Shown here in pieces: positions 62,501 to 64,000 of a DNA stretch of 64,000 nucleotides (positions within the stretch are counted from its first letter, which is position 1; each line of letters opens with the position of its first letter). Source of the DNA: Ranitomeya imitator (Eukaryota); assembly GCF_032444005.1 (NCBI RefSeq), contig NC_091286.1, forward strand, positions 68,200,001 through 68,264,000, in the 5' to 3' direction. The notes below the pieces were generated by a model that saw only the letters and a program-made list of their open reading frames with translations, did not search any database and had not been told where the DNA came from. Both the position numbers and the translations under genes were made by a program.

Positions 62501-62570
62501 TGCAGGTTTCCTGTTCTTGGGGGTGGGAGCCATCTCTCACGTAACGGTGCTGTCATGGGGAAGGGAAAAA
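56560..62570 (-). mobile_element. DIRS1-type retrotransposon, copy 2 (different family, more decayed; 3' ITR not found)
   Basis: gag-like, RT (PYLDDFL), RNase H, MT (YAFPP) and YR (HSTRAIATSWA, TFFRHY) fragments. Terminus GTGCTGTCATGGGGAAGGGAAAA is complementary to 57737-57760. Confidence 0.92.
56625..57718. mobile_element. Non-autonomous Tc1/mariner-superfamily element with CCGTA-type TIR (Tc2/pogo-like)
   Basis: TA TSD; TCGTATTTTTCAGACTATAAGA.../...TCTTATGGTCAGAAAAATACGG. Confidence 0.85.
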
Positions 62571-62789
62571 TACCACTGACAGCAGCATTTAACTCGTGCT
62601 AGTCGGAAGCAAGTCCCAAGTCCCACTCATGCAATCGTGGGGCATCAATTGTTTTTCATGACAACCTGGGGGGGAGGGGGTCTGCAGAAGACCATGCCGC
62701 TCATTACAATACTCCTGGGAATGCTGACTCATGGCAGACGTTCATTGAAGATCATGATTTTTGCTACACATAGTAGTGTATTGTTATGA

Positions 62790-63460
62790 CGCCATATTAA
62801 AAATAAAAAAAAATACACAAAGACACATAGCTGCCTTCCCGAAGTGTTTGATATCAAAATATAAAGTAAATTAATAAAAAAAATTGAAATTCAAGAGCTA
62901 GTTTCTTTGAAAGCCTCAATATTGCAATAACAGGCGATTAAAACACCGTATCTAACCAAACACGGTATCAATAAAAAAAAAAAAAGTCAGCTCAAAATGC
63001 AAAAAAAATACAGCCCTAGAACTTGAAGAAAAACAGACGCTATGGGTCTCGGGAAAACGGTGACATAAGCCAGTTTTTTTTCTCAAATTTTGGATCTCTT
63101 TTTTTCCATCACTTAAATAAAAAACCATACATGCTGGGTATCTGCGTACTCTTAGTGACCTGGAGAATCATAATGATGGGTCAGTTTTATCATTTATTGA
63201 ACATGGTAAATACAAAAAATAAAAAAAATATACGGTAATAAATTGTGGAATTGCATTTTTTTTTTTTTGCAATTTCACAGCACTTGGAATGTTTTCCTCT
63301 TTTCCAGTACATGATATGGTCAAATCCATGGCGTCATGCAAATGTAGAACTTATCCTACAAAAAAACAAGCTCTCATATGGCCATATTGAGAAGAAAAAT
63401 GAAAAAAGAAAGTTAAAAGTTATGTCTCTGGGAAGAAGGAAAGGAAAAAAATAAAGCGTA
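62790..63460 (+). mobile_element. Internal fragment of the piggyBac-like family
   Basis: Resembles the internal block at 7000-7560. Confidence 0.5.
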
Positions 63461-63567
63461 TTGGACCAACAACTTAAACTCCTTAACAGCCAATTTATTT
63501 TGAAAATGACTATTTTTAGTATATTACTATGTACTGTTAAATGATGTGAAAACTATATTCTACATAC

Positions 63568-63681
63568 CTTCATATGCAGAACTCTGTTGCTCTTTCAGCA
63601 GCGACTGAATGTTGTCCAGCGGTATATAATCCTTGCACAGCTCTTTGCGCCTTTCAGTCTGCGTCATACTTAGAAGCCGCT
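63568..63681 (-). CDS. MACROD2: Internal coding exon (114 bp, phase 1-1) of mono-ADP-ribosylhydrolase MACROD2, equivalent to exon 2
   Basis: Acceptor TTGTCTCCTCTGCAG, donor AG/GTATGT. Peptide (E)RLLSMTQTERRKELCKDYIPLDNIQSLLKEQQSSAYE(G) resembles the recalled human ERLLKMTLEERRKEYLRDYIPLNSI. Confidence 0.85.
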
Positions 63682-64000
63682 CTGCAGAGGAGACAACAGG
63701 GTCACGATTTTTGCAACACAATTTTAGCGGTAGTAATGGGCACATGAAAAAACTTCAGTTGTTGTAAGGACAGGTAATAGAAAAATCAATGTCAGTTATT
63801 ACTATTATTGTTTCATCAGCAAGTTTCTCGAATGCAATAAATAAAAATAAAAAAAATAGAATAGAAATATTCAAAGCTTCTCCTGCTATTTATAACATTA
63901 ACATTGAACAAACTAGACTTGCATGGGTGATCGGTGACAAATTAAGGAAACTACAGATATTGATCTAAGACAAGGTTAGGAAATAATAATAATGATAATT

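Overview
Eukaryotic, highly repeat-rich genomic DNA. The repeat families point to a frog (anuran); this is inference, with no database check. The only host coding sequence I recognise is one 114-bp minus-strand exon at 63568-63681 (AG/GT bounded, phase 1-1, ERLLSMTQTERRKELCKDYIPLDNI), matching MACROD2 exon 2. The rest of the window is therefore probably one intron of at least 63.5 kb. It holds nested transposons: two DIRS1-type tyrosine-recombinase retrotransposons (one with complete ITR-ICR-ITR architecture), three Tc1 fossils, hAT remnants and large non-coding TTAA/CCC piggyBac-like elements. It also holds T2/Kolobok-type and Harbinger-type MITEs, Helitron-like elements, L2 and L1 fragments and Gypsy-type solo LTRs. 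Top leads: (1) an apparent short spliceosomal intron at the same position in ORF1 of both DIRS copies; (2) a near-perfect hairpin made of two head-to-head Penelope-like ends, each with a minimal hammerhead-ribozyme architecture and a variant core; (3) a strictly alternating TTAGGG/CTAGGG tract carried inside a DNA transposon and targeted by TTA-specific MITEs; (4) two adjacent Tc1/mariner-type excision footprints. Family names come from terminal motifs, TSDs and protein motifs read by eye. Boundaries without a clear TSD are approximate.
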